In this document: positions 37,325 through 52,996 of the stretch, in pieces
Layout of the letters: each line of letters begins with the position of its first letter
Position numbering within the stretch: the stretch's first letter is position 1
Source: Antedon mediterranea
Taxonomy: Eukaryota; Animalia; Echinodermata
Reading direction: 5' to 3'
Assembly: GCF_964355755.1 (NCBI RefSeq)
Contig: NC_092675.1
Span: 5,637,812 to 5,701,811, forward strand
Length of the DNA stretch: 64,000 nucleotides
The notes under the pieces: generated by a model
What the model saw: only the letters and a program-made list of their open reading frames with translations
Told to the model about the DNA's origin: nothing
Database searches by the model: none
Made by a program: the position numbers and the translations under genes

Positions 37325-37382
37325 TGCAACCCCCTCCCACTCCTCAGATGCAGTGGATTATTTAAAGTGCACACAATGTGTA
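37325..37382 (-). mobile_element. Decayed Deu-domain SINE fragment
   Basis: The reverse complement TACACATTGTGTGCACTTTAAATAATCCACTGCATCT..GGAGGGGG aligns to the body of the SINE at 24495-24555. Confidence 0.55.
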
Positions 37383-39621
37383 TTTATTTACTATAGTTTG
37401 AAGTCATTAGAGTAGATTTGTAATTCTATCACCAGAAATGGTCACTCACGGACTGTCAAATGACAGAATAAAAGTTCAATATGATTTAATTGCTTTAGCG
37501 TTTCAACCATTAACCTGTTGATAATATTGTTACCTTTTTATTTACGATAGTTATCTTTTGATAGATACTTAATCATAATCTTAAAACGCATAGTTTAAAC
37601 TGATAGTAATCAGGCTTTTTGATGAACCTAAATTAGATTCTTACTGATCATATATGTAATAATTAGTTTTTCTTAAAATTACAATAGATATACTAATGGT
37701 ATAAAAACCAGAAAGATTTAAATAGTAGATTATTTTGTTACACAGAAGTGGTTTGTAAAGGGTGAAGGTGAAGTTAAATGGTTATTCACCACTGATTAGA
37801 ACCAAAAATTATAGCATAAATCCATTTACACTATAAACTGCTCTTCCCAGGGTTGAGACTGGCCCAAGGCAATTATAGTTATAGAAAATGTACTACTGTA
37901 AACGTATTTTCATACCCTTAATTTTATCTTTAGGCAGGCTCAGTTTACCCCTATATTATAATTGTGTATCAATTTGTTCATCCATGGAATACTCCAAGTA
38001 TTAAACTTGCTATTCATTTATTATAACATCCATTTATTTTGCTGTTGTATATCACTGTTTGTCTCTTTGCATACATGATATTTATTCATTAATGTTATGG
38101 AACTAAATGACGCAGCTGTTAAATAAATATTAATATCATATTAGATTAGTTCTACCATCATCAGCCCCAGAATGTTTGCAAGTCAAGTGGAAAGAAGTTC
38201 CTGCCTGAACTTTCTTCACTTTGATCATGGAGAAACTTACATGCTTTGATCTAACTCTTAAGCCATCTGTATGTCTGTTCCACCCTCTGTTTCCGTCAAA
38301 CCACAACCCTTTATCATTATGTGCTAATATAATTGATTCATAATTGTATGCATCATTGCAAATTTTTAAAAATTATTTGATGATATTACATTATTGACAT
38401 TTATTTAAATGTCCAATTTGTAAACATTCTCTTGGGAATTCATCTTACATTGCCTTATAATGTGTAGACATTTCAATATCATAACATTTACAGGGAGACA
38501 CACCTAATTTCAAAGCGACAATTTTGTCCAAATTATGATGATGTTAAATGCATACGCTTACAGGTGGGTGCGTGTGACAGGGCTTACTTAAATTTAATGT
38601 AGGCCTACTTGAGTCAATAAATGTAGAATTTCCTACGTCATTGTATATATAGTCACATCATGATTTTTTTCCTGCAATATTTAAATGACTAATATTGCAA
38701 ATACAACTGGTAAAACTATAGAAGAGCGCATACATTTATATTTAATTTTATCTAGGTTATAAATCCTAGATAACTCCAACCAATTTCAGACCTGTTTGGG
38801 TTTCTAAATCCAAGGATTGTGTGGGTTTATCTAAATTCAAATCAAAGTGTGACTTGAACAAATCCATCAACAACTGTCTAAATCCTATTGTTCAATCCCT
38901 CTTAATCAGTATTCCAGCCACTAGATCAGTAATCTCATTTTTAATCCTCAGAGCCTAAGTTATTTTTTTCATGGTCTGGCTTAATGTTGAATAATTGGTT
39001 ACTACTTAATAGACATTATACATGGTTTATCCCTAGAGTAAGATGCTAAGCCTCAACTTGTGTTGTCTGTGTATCTGTCTTAACAGGGTAAAGCTTTCTA
39101 ATAAAAAAAACACCCTTTTTAGGACATGTCATACAGTGAAATTGAATCATGAAAATATATTTATTTTTCATACTTACTGTATGATTTACTTTCAATTCAT
39201 TTCACAATTTGTTTTTTATTTTATCTCTTTGACAGACATGTAAAAAATGTAGAATATTATTAACAGTTTACAGTATTATAATATAATATATTAGATTAGA
39301 TTAAGGGTTAGAGTAAAATACAAGGGTTGCATTTAACTAAACATTTAAATAAAAGATAAGCCCTGTAAATTGTTTAAAATATTGTTAATTTGTTAAAAAC
39401 CGTCATACAGAAAGTAAATGGGATGAACATAATTATTATTAATGCACCGCAGTTTATTTGTAAAATGTAATCATTCGACCTGAGCCTGCAAGGAGAATTT
39501 TTTATGAAATTTAATTTATGCTCTATATACCTCCAGTAATTAACTTAATGCCAAAGATTCACCTAATGCGGTTGAAGTTACTTTTACTTGTTTCAGTAAT
39601 ACTAATATTGGTTTCTTTTGT

Positions 39622-39692
39622 CTTATTTTTCCTAGTTATGGCACGCAAGGGCAAGAGTCATGCCCTTGCGTGCCATAACTAGGAAAAATAAG
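39622..39692. repeat. Perfect hairpin, 32-bp stem, 7-nt loop
   Basis: CTTATTTTTCCTAGTTATGGCACGCAAGGGCA-agagtca-TGCCCTTGCGTGCCATAACTAGGAAAAATAAG. Confidence 0.95.
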
Positions 39693-42600
39693 CTCAAAAG
39701 GTAGCTAGAGTAAATTACACATGAAAATAAGTCTTTCCGTTTATTACCTTCATTTATAAATTATATAAAATCCTATATTAATGCAATTAAATATCCAGGT
39801 CTCAGATTCATTTTCCCTATTGTATTTAATATACTAACATGTTATTTGTTCAGAACAAAAAAGAAACTTTGGTTGAGAGCCTTGCATTGATTTCTAAAAT
39901 TCCATATCAGGTATCCTGAGACAAGCTATGGGATGTTATGAATTATTGTTTTCATATGTCTGAATTTGCAATATGTACAATAATGTAAACTATACATACA
40001 GTCGATTTGCTGTACGCTGAATTATCTATCAAAGTCTATACAAATTGACAAATTTACCATTACTGTAGATACCGAACAGGAAGAATTAATAGTTTTTAAT
40101 TTTGTTTTACCTAACCTTAACAAACTTTGTTGTCTGCTCTCATGGGAATCATACCGAACTAGAATTTTGTAATTGCTTTACATATTTGGCGACATAAGGT
40201 AATGAATTTAAATGGAAAGAACATGCACCTCTTTCTGCCCTTTTAAACCATGATATCCTTCCACAAGGAACCTTGGTGAATACAGAAGAGCATAAAAAAT
40301 TCCCCCTGTCTCTTTCTCTCCTGACAAAGATCATTATACAATATTAAAATGTGTGCATAGAGCAGTAGAAACAATTCACTTCTTGTTGTAAATGTTATAA
40401 ATTTAAATGCTCTTGATTTATTATATTATTATAGTGCATTTGTATTTGTAAAATTTTACAAGATAGATTGTCCACTAAAAATTACAATCAAAATATTTGA
40501 ATTTGATAGTCAATCTTTAACTGTATAGAAAGATATATCAATTGGAAGTGTAAAATCACCGGCAATCTCTGAGTTTGGTTACCTATCCTGCCTCCTAGAA
40601 TTTTTTTTTTACTTCATCATTGTGTTATAATATGTGGTAAAGTGTAGTATTATTAAAATATTTCCTACTGGTCGTGCTAGACACGATGGCCTAAATTAAT
40701 TCCATATCAAGATGAACCGGCGTTAGTTATAAACACCTTTCAATTGTAAAGTCTAACTTTCGTTTCACCTGTCCAAAAAACGTATGTGTGAACTAAAAGT
40801 ACATACGAGAATTGTCTGAGCACTAACCAATCATAGTGACTTCCTCACAGAATTATTGCTTTACATGCATAATGATATCATATCTTTTGGCCCATAGCAA
40901 GCAAACACATTCTCTTTAGAGGAAGCTGAAAGGAACCCAAGAGATGGTGTAGTTCCTGATTTGTTTACAACTCTGTTGTCCTGAAGACATTAATCTTATT
41001 ATTTGAAGGTGTTAGCAATTAGTGTATTCAATTTTACATGGTCAGGTTTTTGCACATAAATTGAAGAGTGGCATGTTCTATAATGTTTAGCAATTGATAT
41101 ATTACTGTTGGGATGTAGTAACTGTGAACTGGTATTCTTTGTTGCATCATGTTCGGATCTTCTGAACTATGTCATGATATTGTTTGATTTAATGCTTTAT
41201 AGTGGACTAATAAAAGCAAAGAAATAGATCACTGCTCATATGATATTTATACAAACAATAGTTGTATTTTTGGTGTATACAAAAATAATTCCTGTAGTAA
41301 CACCAGGTAAAACAAAATGTACAGTAATACCCACCAAACACACACCACAATTTCTTTCTAGAATAATTAGCAAAATGTAATGTACAGGCTGCAGATGACA
41401 TGCATATTAGCAATTACACCCTAGGTGTTTGTCCTATGTGAACAGTTAAATCATCCCTGTTTTACAAGTTTAAAACAGTACCTGAGCAGGTTGAATATTG
41501 TTTGTATTGGCTTTTAGGGACAATGAACTTCAGTCAATTAAGGAACCTAGTTATATTCTTACATCTCAGAGGCAAATGTTTTCCAAGTATATTGTCAATT
41601 TGACAGCCACAGTTGTTTGCTAATTCACTGTTCACCACAATTTTATTTATACACATTAAAAAGGACCATGTTTATGCCGATATCAGTAGCTGGAAGGCAA
41701 GATGTGGCTCCTCTTGGTTTTTTTACTTTGAAGTCCTGAAATATCTGATTTTATTACAAATATCACACACAAATACATCAACCTCAATAAAATGGATATA
41801 GATTGCATGAATTTTTGACTAAGAAAAGTTTATATTAACAAATAAACAAATTGTTGCTTTTTTAACAGAAAATTTATATATATAAATCAATATTGAAAGA
41901 AATGGTGCAATTGCCTGAAATTCAAAAATCTGTAAAAAAAAATTTAAAAGCGCCATAATTTCCTCATCCTTCAGATGGGTTGTTCAGTCAAGGGTTCTAT
42001 GTGCAAAAAAGAGTGGTGATATAATGTAATGGGTTTGTAGAAGACCTAATCCTATAACATGATGGATATAATAAATTAATATACATTATTGTTCAAAAGA
42101 AAATTACAGATTTAAAGACTAGATGTAGTACTACAAGTTACTTATTTATGTCCTCAAGGTTTTTGCAGAATTCTGTTTATACCTTTAGGACAATGACACT
42201 TCTGATGTTTATTTTCATCCTTAACCATTGTAGTTATTAAAAGCAAGATTCTTCTTTACTCTCTTGGACATTGACTCTATGTTTGTTTATTTGGATACCA
42301 AGCAGAGTAACATCCCAAATGGCTATGATGTGATTAATTGATATTAAAATTTAAGTTTTTTGTTTGAGTCTGTGACACAAGATGTTTATTTGTGTACTTT
42401 CCTTCCCAGTTTTATAATAGCACCTTCTTGTCGCCAACTCTGATTTTGGTCATATTTTGTTCCTATTAAGAATAGATAAGAGAAGAAGAAATAATTACAA
42501 ATTTTATTATCTGTCAACAGCGCATCAATGACATAAAACTGACCATAAATACATATCAATCAAGGGTACGAATGACAAACAATTTACTACCTTTACTCAA

Positions 42601-43639
42601 CTGTAAAAAGGATGGCTCTAAAGTTTGTTAAATTGTCCTTGGATTTATTATTAAAGATTTATAAATTATATAATAGATAAAATAATTTTAAAAATCTAAA
42701 CTTCTATCCAAAGTTAGAAAACTTTTGAACAATTGAATTTAAATATTCGTAAAATATTAATTATGTCATTATTTTTATAGTTCACCAGGATGTTATTACA
42801 AATACCAGGATCCATTAACTTATTATTGCCCTTAGGTTAACATGTTAATAGTGGTCTAAATGTCTTATACATTACATCAAAATTGACTTAGTTCTCTTTA
42901 AAATAAACACTTTCACAGCTTCATTGAAAAAGATCCGATGGTTATGATTCATTGAGGAAGATCCGGTGTCTTGTGTCTTTAATTGTGGAATTAAACGACT
43001 TCTGTTTATTTGGAAATAGTTCTGGCTCCAAACTTCTACTCCATGGGTGCAATCTGTGGCAACTCTATTTATTCTTACTGGTTTTAAAAAGTACTCTAAA
43101 GTGATGTTTGTTTAGTTGTTTAAAGTTAATTGGCAGTGTAGCCTGGTTTAAGTAGACATGAAGTAAAGGAAATACTCATATAAAGTTTCTGAAGATGTAT
43201 ATTTAAGTGGCTCAGTGTAAAATATATATACTTGACTAATGTCCTGTATTTATACTACAGGTGTGCTGTGGTAGAATAAAGGGGCTAAAAGTCCAGTTTA
43301 ATCACTTAGTGATGACACTGATGTGGAGTAGTTGATGCATATTATTATAGTATATTAGATGATATTATCTGACCTCCTCAAGACAATGATTTTTCAACAA
43401 GTGCCAGGTGTATTTCATTCCAAAGCCCACAATTTTATTGATTTTTATATGTGAACATTATTTTAATAAACACGCACATTAAATAATAGTAAATAATATT
43501 TTTTACCTTGAACAATATATTACATTTATCTTATTACCGGTACACATTTTCTTAATGTATCATAGCTGAAAACCCCATGTTTTTTTTTCGTTTCAAATGG
43601 CAATAATTCAGACAATGATAGACGCAGAGATGGACTAGA

Positions 43640-43850
43640 GCACCGGGGTAATCCTACTCTTCTGAAAGATAGATGCACTGGGTTCTTCCATGAGCACATT
43701 AGACGGATGTGTACCTTGGACCTCCGGTTCCTTGTCCATGATATCTTGTTTTACCTCCAGAACTATAGTTGAGGAGATGTCGCTTTCATTCTGTGGTTTG
43801 ACTCATTTTTAGTATATATGATAAAGGGAGAATTTGAACCAGAACTATTG
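43640..43850 (-). mobile_element. Older, diverged Deu-domain SINE copy
   Basis: The reverse complement AACCGGAGGTCCAAGGTACACATC..AAGAACCCAGTGCATCT..GAGTAGGATTACCCCGGTG matches SINE 24478-24566. A B-box-like GGTTCAAATTCTCC lies at about 43828-43841. Confidence 0.65.
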
Positions 43851-45346
43851 AATTACAAGTAGTGACATTTTGTTCCTAAAAATTCATTCATTTATTTTGT
43901 ATATTTACATGTTTATTATTTAGCCCACAAATAATGAAAAAAGCTCTTTTTGGAAACAATTAATGCCAACATTACAATTCTCTATTGACGAATTAAAAAT
44001 TTATTTTATTTGTATGTTAATCCAACAATTCACTGTAAACAACATCAAAGGTTCATTGCAAGCATATCGCAAACGTACCTCCATTGATTAATTATTTTGA
44101 AGACCCATATTTTAAATAATGTCTCGTAAAGAATCTGAAAAGCTGTTTTGCCTTGTTTAATGTTTCAATTTATATGCTCATTAATTACCAGATTTAATGG
44201 GAATACCATTTAGCTACGCAAAGACTAATAGAAATGGCATAATACAACTGACGTCACCGTGGGGGTGTATAGTAGCTGTCATCTCATTTCATTATTTCTC
44301 CTTTTGTATTCCATTTTCTTTGGGATAGTGTGTTATACGATTCTAAAAATACAACATAATAATACATAAATTAACATGCAGGTTATTAGCTTCTATGTTT
44401 GCCTTGAGTGGCTACAAATGTAGGTTTTAATTCCAGTAAACAATGTCAGGTTTCTATGCTGCTGTTTTTGCTTTAAAATATACATATAGCTGTATGAATA
44501 AAGAAGAAAGAACAACTACATTATGGCTTGTTTGAGATATGTCATAATTACATTTTAGTAATTAATTTAGATGAAAAAAAAATTGCCAACTTCTTAAAAT
44601 CATACTAATAAAAGAACTTGAATTTAAAGTGAACTATATAAACAAAAAAAGAAACAACGACATGTTTTGTAATTTCATTGTGGCAGAGTTTATCTAAACA
44701 CAACAAACTATCATCTTGGGTATAAGAACAACAACCGTTTTCCTGTTTTGACCAACACGGTAAAGGTGTATGTACAGTATGCCACTCTAAATGAAAACAA
44801 TAGTACAATTATTCAAATATAAGTAAAAATATAAAAAACCATCAGCAAAATAAAATAAGGACAAAAACCCCAATGTGATTATAATGCCAAAACTATTCAA
44901 CAATAAATCATAGTAACATACAATTTATTATATTATTTACATCAATCAAAGTAACATTTATTGCTCTTCTTCTCTTTCATAGTATATAAATATTAACAAT
45001 AAATATGATAAAAATAAGAGGCGCAACATTCCATAGAAACGAAGCTTGTGGGCGAGAATATTATATAATAACAATTGAAATATGAGTGACGATGCAAAGA
45101 TGGTTTCAGACATAGATAATTATTGGTCATCATTTCTTGACAGTCTGGCAATTTGTTTCATCATTTTGTTGTTAAAAATCATCTGCCTGCTAAAATCATG
45201 CCAATTGTATGTCATCTATTCTTTCCCTTCTATAAATAAAATCTATAAACAAAAATTAGTAACTGAAAAACAGTCATATAAACCATAGAGTATAAACTAT
45301 ATTATTGGGGATAACCATAAACATAAACTATATATTTTTGTACAAA

Positions 45347-45412
45347 GGCCCATCCTCTCGGCCCATCCTCTTGACCCATCCTCTTGACCCATCCTCTCAG
45401 CCCATCTTCTCC
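45347..45412. repeat. 13-bp minisatellite (CCCATCCTCTYGR) x5
   Basis: Five adjacent CCCATCYTCT units. Confidence 0.85.
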
Positions 45413-48400
45413 CGTAAAACATATCCCAACTAAGTAGGATTTTATTAGTTGGCAACAATTTTGATAAAGGCTTTTAACTGAATATTATTTTTAATTCTTT
45501 CTGTCTGAAAATGTCCGTTTTCGGAAATGAGTGTATTTACTGATAATAAGCCAATATAATAATTTTTTTTTTAAAAACCTTTTCTTTTAAACAGTCCTAA
45601 ATGTTTTCAAATCAAAGTATATAGTTGCCAACTGCATTTGGTGTTACTGTGATCAATATATTTGTGCAAAATTTTAAGATGCATGAAACTTAAAGATATG
45701 CAAAAATTAAAGATTCATGAATATTAAAGATGCACGAAAATAGTCTACAGCAATTAGATTTTTTTTGTTTCAAGCACAAATGTTATTGAATGTCTTTATA
45801 TTTGCGGTTAATATTTCGGGGTTGAATATGGATTTCAAAAGTGAAAGTTTCTATGTCTGGAAAGGCTGCTTCGTTTAAAGTTGACATTTTTGTTGACAGT
45901 AACACATGACTTGAAAGGGTTTTCATTATAGCTGTCTACAATAAAATAAGCATAAATTTGATTAATATGGTTTAATATAAATATCAATCATGAATATGAA
46001 TATACTTTTTTTTTCATTTTCATTATGTTTGATATATATAGCATTACTGAATGATTTAGTAAAAGATAAGATATTTAAATTTCTATAATGTATGCTGAAA
46101 TCAAATATAATTAACTAGTCTGCCAATCTTCATAATCTATACATAATGAAGATTTTTATTTTCTATATTTACCTTTTCTAGAAAATTCAAACTAAACAAA
46201 TAAGGAGTTAACTTGGTAGAAGCACAAGTAAATAAATCTTATTATTGCATCTTATTTCACAATTATAAAAGTATCTTCCGTGGGAAGTAATAGAAATAAA
46301 TGTTTATTAAACTTAATAAAGTTATGTCGGGTTTTATATTTCAAAAATTCTAGATTGGTTTATTTCATCATCAAAGTAGTGCTTAAATAGTGTTGGTAAT
46401 TTCCTGTCATCACGTATATTGTTATAGATTTTGGAAGATAAAATCTCTTTACACATTCTTTAACGAGATCAGAATTCCGATGGTAATTAGCCCAAGGTCT
46501 CATCTTTATGTCTTTTATTGGTAGAATCCGAAATTGTTATTTGATTGCAAATGCCAACCTTTTCCAAGATATAAACTATATACCACGTATGTAGGATACA
46601 GAGTGCCAGTGTCATTGTGTTCGTAGTCGGACTGGCGAGCACGTTGAAGTTAAAGTACCCCCTCCCTTGGTTTGGAATGTCATTGATGTTTTCTGATGTG
46701 GTCTTGTTTGCCGACAGATATTTCAAAGAAATTATAAATCTAAGAAGGTGTAATAATTTGATAATTATCAACTTTATTTAAAATTGTATAGAATACTGTA
46801 CAGAACCTCTCTTAAGAGACTTGAAAAAGTGTCTTTCTTATTTTAGAGGTTGGTCGTAGCATTGATCCATGTTTTTTTAATGAGAATTGTGGGTGTCCCT
46901 ATGTTTTTGATATTTAGATAGTGTGAAGATTTGAATTTCAATTGTATTAAATAATTAGGCATAGGAAAATTAATATTGGTATACTTTTGGTATCGTTGTA
47001 AATAAATAACTGCAGCTATATTTCTTTCAATCTTGAATTTCTAGAAAACAGGTTTATATATTCTTGTTTGAACTTTAAATTTATACAATTATTCATATAA
47101 AACTATTAGTTAAAATAAATGATCGTAATCATGTATGGAATTCAAAGTTAAATTTGTTCAGGAAAAGCTTAGTTTAAGTAATAAATATTGAGTGACCAAA
47201 ACTTGTAGCACTAGAGTGCCTATGCCTTACAACAGTAAGCTTGCCCTGGTAAATTTACACAGGGGATTTTGATATGTCAAGGGAAAGAAGGGTATTTCAC
47301 AGCTAGGGAAATTTGCAAATTACTCACTACCGTATAGTAAGCTCATAAATTCTATAGCTTTTATAACGAGACTAGATGCAGCATTTTTTTCATCTATTAA
47401 CGAAAACACTATAACAAAATTTTACTAATAAAAATATAATGTTCCTTTTTGAAATACATCTACTGAACATCAATGGTAATAACCTCTTGGTCATTGAACT
47501 TTTCATATACCAGCAATAGTACCCATCATGCCTGTGGTAGTAAACCAATACAATACAACTTTCAACCAATCGGATTTCAGCACAGACATTTTGTCTTGAG
47601 ATGCTATTAAAGCCCCTTAGGCAGTGCACTAAAGGCAAGCACACAAAAGCATTGGCATAGCCTTCTTTAGGCAAGTTCAATGCCTGGAAATGTTGGTTTT
47701 ATTGAGTGAAGGCCTAGTCAATGCTACTTTGGCTCTGGCAGGCCAATTATTTTATAGCCAAATAGTAATCCAACATGTTTATGCCTGCTGGGTTTCAAAT
47801 CTTTAAAAAGAAACTGTTCTAGAATGTTTCTGATACAAAAACAAACAAAATTATAAATACTTAATTGTAAGAAGCGTGCAGACTAACATAACATTTATTT
47901 AGTATTACTTAAACTTGATTGACTTATTGTAACAATTATTCTAAAATTATTCTGATTTTTATCAATGTTAATTAAACAAAGAAAAACATTTGTTTTACTG
48001 ATAACATGCTTTTAAGTGCAAATTATGGTTTAGGGCATTTTTACAGTTCTCTGATCAGCTCTCTGTTGAGTATGAATACAGGACCTTTTTGCCTTCAAAA
48101 GTTTTGGGGTGGTATGTAATTATAGGTATCATTATTGCAGTTATTAAAAAAAATACTGAATAGATTGCAAACATATTTACAGTGATTATCAATCAATCAA
48201 AACATTTTTAATTTTCACTTAAGAAATTGAAATATGTTTTCATATCATGACAAGTATTAACTGTGATGTCACCAGTTTTCGTGTAGATTGATCATCAGTT
48301 CTCGTGTAGATTGATAAGCATGTTATGATTGCGCTTTAAATCCTTCATGATTTATTAAAGATTTTTTTGATAGTTGTGTCATCAATTATGTAGGAATGGT

Positions 48401-51400
48401 GTGTTAACAGTAACCATTGGTGATTGTATGAACTTGCATGTTTTAATATTTTATTAGTAGCAGATATATTTTAAACTTTCACCTTTGATAAATTGCTTCA
48501 GCATTTTTATATATTTTTAAGGTGATTATTGACAGATTTCATCACTTATAATTATTAATAATAAAACACAATTGACTGGTATGTTTTATAAGATGCAAAA
48601 AATTCAATTATTTACACATTTAGTTTTGTTATGTTTACATTAAAAAATTCCATAAAAGTATGACGTAATTGTTATTTAATATAGACCTCATTTTACCTAC
48701 AGATATCCGAATAAACTAACAAATTAGGATGTTTATGGGACCAGGGGTATTATTTCAAAAAACAAATTATTTAATTTATAGTTTTTAGAGTTTATAATTA
48801 TGTGAAATACACTATTAAGTGCTCTTATCCAAACTGTTAAGTATGCTTTTATTGCCATCTATTGTTTCCTTTTCTGCTGTATCAACTTCCTTCAGGATTT
48901 ACTCAGTTTTCCTATTGACTGGAATCATGGAAATAGTTGCAATTCTAGTCACCTTTCAACATCTAGATCCTGGTGCTCTTCCTATGTAGACCTACTACCT
49001 AGTTTAGTACATTTCAAAGGACAATGTGACTTTGATTCTGTTAGTATTGCAGCATTCAAGTATAAGGAACATGCTGTTAAATCACCCTTTAATAGACCTA
49101 CAAATTGTTATTAACTTGTTAACGAATGGTATATGCAGGTTTCACAATCAAAATTGTTTTTTTGGTTCCCATTTAGTTTATTCATACAATTTTAGAATGG
49201 GGGAGAGAATCGCACTTTTTAAACATCACCATTTTATCTAATTAAAATGATTTATATGATGAGGCTTTTTTGTAGTGTAGATGAATGGCAATTGTAGACT
49301 TTTGTACTGTACTACAAGACCATTTCTTATCTTGTGGTATAGCAGTTGTCAGCAAACACTTTAAACCACAAAACAAACCCATGAGGCCTACTTGAATTTT
49401 TAATTGCCTCCTTAATTTTTTAACCTCAATGTTTATTTATTAGTAACTCAACATAACAGTTTATTTTACAATGGTTCAAATGAAAATAAATGCAAACTAT
49501 CATGTTTGTTGAGGTATAAATTGAGTAACCTCAAGTGTGGCTGTTTATGTGTGTAACAGCAGTTGTCCAATTTGTTCAAAGCTTTTACCAGAGTCAAACG
49601 CCTGCCTGTATCTGGAAAAAAAACGTACAGGAGTCGGCCAATAATTAGAATCTGCAGATGAAACAGGAATCCAAAGTGACATTTATTGTTTTTTTGGTGG
49701 GAAAACTATTTCTTAATTGCTCTGTGAACAGTGAAACTTCAGGGCCATCAGTCTTAACATCAAATCACTATTCACCAAAAAAATTAAATTCTTTTTAAAC
49801 TTAAACTACTGAATCTTCTCAGATAATTTGATAAGCTATTTTATAAACTGAAACAATGGTCATTTTTTGCAAAAAGTTAACTTTGACCTCTTCATGCCTA
49901 GCATATTGAAACGTAAATGGTCTATACCACAACTGCTCCAGCTGCCCCTTCGTACTTAACTCCAATAAGACTTAACAATTCCTTGCGGAATCAGTAACTT
50001 GGATTAGTCACTTAAGACAACTACTAAGGGATCGATCAATTGGAATATACATCTGTTTCTGGATTAACACATCTTGACACAATTCTGAGCAATCAAAAGC
50101 TATTACATTGTATTAACTTTCACTTACTGACTAATTGTCTCAAATTATGAAATTAATGTGGATTAGAACTTTATTTGATATAGAGGTTATTTTAAGTAAA
50201 CATACATGACATTAATGATTACATTAATTAATAATAACCTATTTTATAAGTTACCTATTAATGATATTAATAATCAGTATTCCACACAATCAACTTGAAT
50301 TGTCTTTCACTTAAAAGCAAATGTCACCGTCAAAGAAAAAACTACAACTTTTACCATAATGCTAGTAAACTACAGTACAGTTTGGCTTTCAATTTTGTAC
50401 TTTGTTTGTTTATACTAACTTTTTTAATTGTTTGTTATTTATTAAGAAATGTACCATAGTTAAGTCACCCTGGACATACTTTTATTCACAAAGCTTACCA
50501 CTATTTGAAAAGTATAGTTTCAGAATAAATTATTATTATTATTTTGAATTTACTATAAAAAAGGTGGAAAATGTAGAAAAAGAAATTTAATCAGAGCTCA
50601 TTAATATTTTTTTTTGTATAAGAAAATTTAATGAAATATAATACTTGATTTATAGAGTATGCTTTCAGTGATTATACACTTCTAGTTATGAACTATGAAT
50701 TTTACAGTTGTACATTTATATTTATGTGTGAAATAAATCTGAAAACTGAAACTGAACTGAACAGTATATAGAAAATAATATATAGTATCTAGAAAAAAAA
50801 GTAGCATAGCCTGTGGCCTAATGACAGTTAATGAACTGACTAGACAATAATTCTTTTTATACATTTTTAATACAATTCCTGTATGTAATGTTGTGAATTG
50901 TTGGCTTGATTTAAAAAAAAATGTATAATAAGCTTTTACTCAACTATTTATTTGTTTGTTTATTTGCTGGTTTGAATTAGAACTATTCCCAAAAGAGAGC
51001 CCAATTATAAAGACGAAACAAATTAAATTCTCATTAGCAAGTACGTGCTTTCGGAAACTAAGTTTTGAGTGTCACAAACATAGAACAAGGCGCAACAATA
51101 AATACAAGAAAACAATTAGGCATCGGCATGACAAAGCTCTATGGGGTGGAACCATAATATGACGTTTTTAATTACATTTTCCTATGCAGTTGTGCACGTC
51201 ATTTCTTGTTCTCGTTTGGCCTCCCATAGTTTTGGACTCGAATCACTACATGATGTTGATTTGTATTGAAGTTTATTTATAGGATAATGTAAACCAACTC
51301 AGTTTTTTAGACGAAGCATGTGGATATAAGTTTATTTATAATTATTTGCGAATTGTTCCAGGTAATAATTTCTTGGACCACTCCATGATATGTATTGTAT

Positions 51401-52523
51401 TCGAAAATAGCAAAATTTATTATTTTATGGTGTGTCATCGTTAAAACATTATTTGGTGAACTTATGAACGTTACGTAATGAAATTTGTAGTATTTACAGA
51501 CAGATAAATAATGAAGACGGTGTGATAATTGTCATTTTTAATCTAAAGTTGTTTATAGTGTAATCAATTCACATCAATATGTGTATACTTTTACATTTAG
51601 ATCATGGAGCTATCCCGCCCCCACCCCCACCCCCAGATACGGCATCAGTTTAAATACATCTTTATCTTTTCTATTTATAGAAGCAATGCCTTTTTAATAC
51701 ATGAACCAGTTTTTAAACAATGTTGTGTGTGTAAATCCAATCCTTAACAACAAAATTAATACTGCTATTCATTATAAACACTTTCTAATTAAACCTAAAC
51801 ACTATAATCTATTAATAATCCTTTCTTCTAAAAATAAATGATTATTTTATGTTGTTTTTCAAACCAAGGTCAACTATTTAGTTGACATTTATTTTCATTG
51901 AATATGTTACATGTTAGCATTTAGTTTTTAATGTGTATTACTAGAATATCTCGATAAGTTGATGAGGCATCTGAAAAGGTTAATAAGCTGTTTGATTCTA
52001 AACGCAATTATCTATAGGAATTCAAGGTCCACCAATGAATAACAAAATAAAAGTCACGATTTATATTATAAACGAAAATTATCTTTCAAACGTATAATTA
52101 AAAAGTTAAGTTTTTTATTTATTGAGTGAATAAAATTGAAGCAAAATGAAATCAATTTTAAGAAGTGAGTTATTTGATTTTCTTAATAGATGTCAAATTG
52201 TGAGATATTCTTGAACTTAAATCATTAACTATAGAGGGCTCTTTATCTATATTTATAAGTACAAATCATCTTTTTGTTTGTGTATAGAAAAGCAATATGA
52301 CGAGCTAAGATTTACTAATACACACATCAGGTCTGGTTGGGCATAAACCGCATTTATCAATTTTGCAGTCAAAATTCAGTCAAGTCAAAATAGTGAAAAA
52401 AGTGAAATATTGAAGCTTTATTTATCAAACCTATTTATCTTTAAAGAATTGACTTTTTTTATCGCATAAAGAACAAATACCATATTGCTTTATTATTTGA
52501 AAACTGACAAAGTTAATCGCTAA

Positions 52524-52718
52524 AGCTTGGTTCCCACTAGAACGCAACACTAGAACGTAACGCAAGGACGTAAACGCAACGCAAGCGTTTTAACCAATGA
52601 CAAGCGAAGTTATAGACAGTTAGCAATCACAAGCGAATAAGCTATCGCTTGTGATTGGTCAATTCACTTGCGTTGCATTACGTCTTTGTGTTGCGTGATC
52701 GCTAGTGGGAACCACGCT
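52524..52718. mobile_element. Harbinger/Tourist-like MITE, 195 bp
   Basis: TAA|AGCTTGGTTCCCACTAG ... CTAGTGGGAACCACGCT|TAA, with internal ACGCAA/TTGCGT inverted motifs. Confidence 0.85.
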
Positions 52719-52996
52719 TAAGCAAGTTTTTTACATGTTGACTCCTGGTATAATGCTCTGTAAATACAAACTCTCATTCAATTTACAGTACAAACTGGCA
52801 AAACATAATTTTATATGCAAATGAGATCTTGCTATGTTTGACCAAATAAACAACTATAGAGGACAGCACAGTAGTTGCTAGATCAGATAAACATGTTTAA
52901 AATGGTTATACTTGACATACAATATTTTAATATTACGCAATTTCACAATTTTACCTAATTTTAATTACTTAATTTCTTTTTTTTTTTCTTTTGTAG

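Noticed and set aside
46545-46700. EGF-like exon (CKCQP.., ECQCHCVRSRTGEHVE)
   Set aside because: The final Cys is missing, the fragments lie in different frames with stops, there are no good splice sites, and it lies upstream of the Ig exons.
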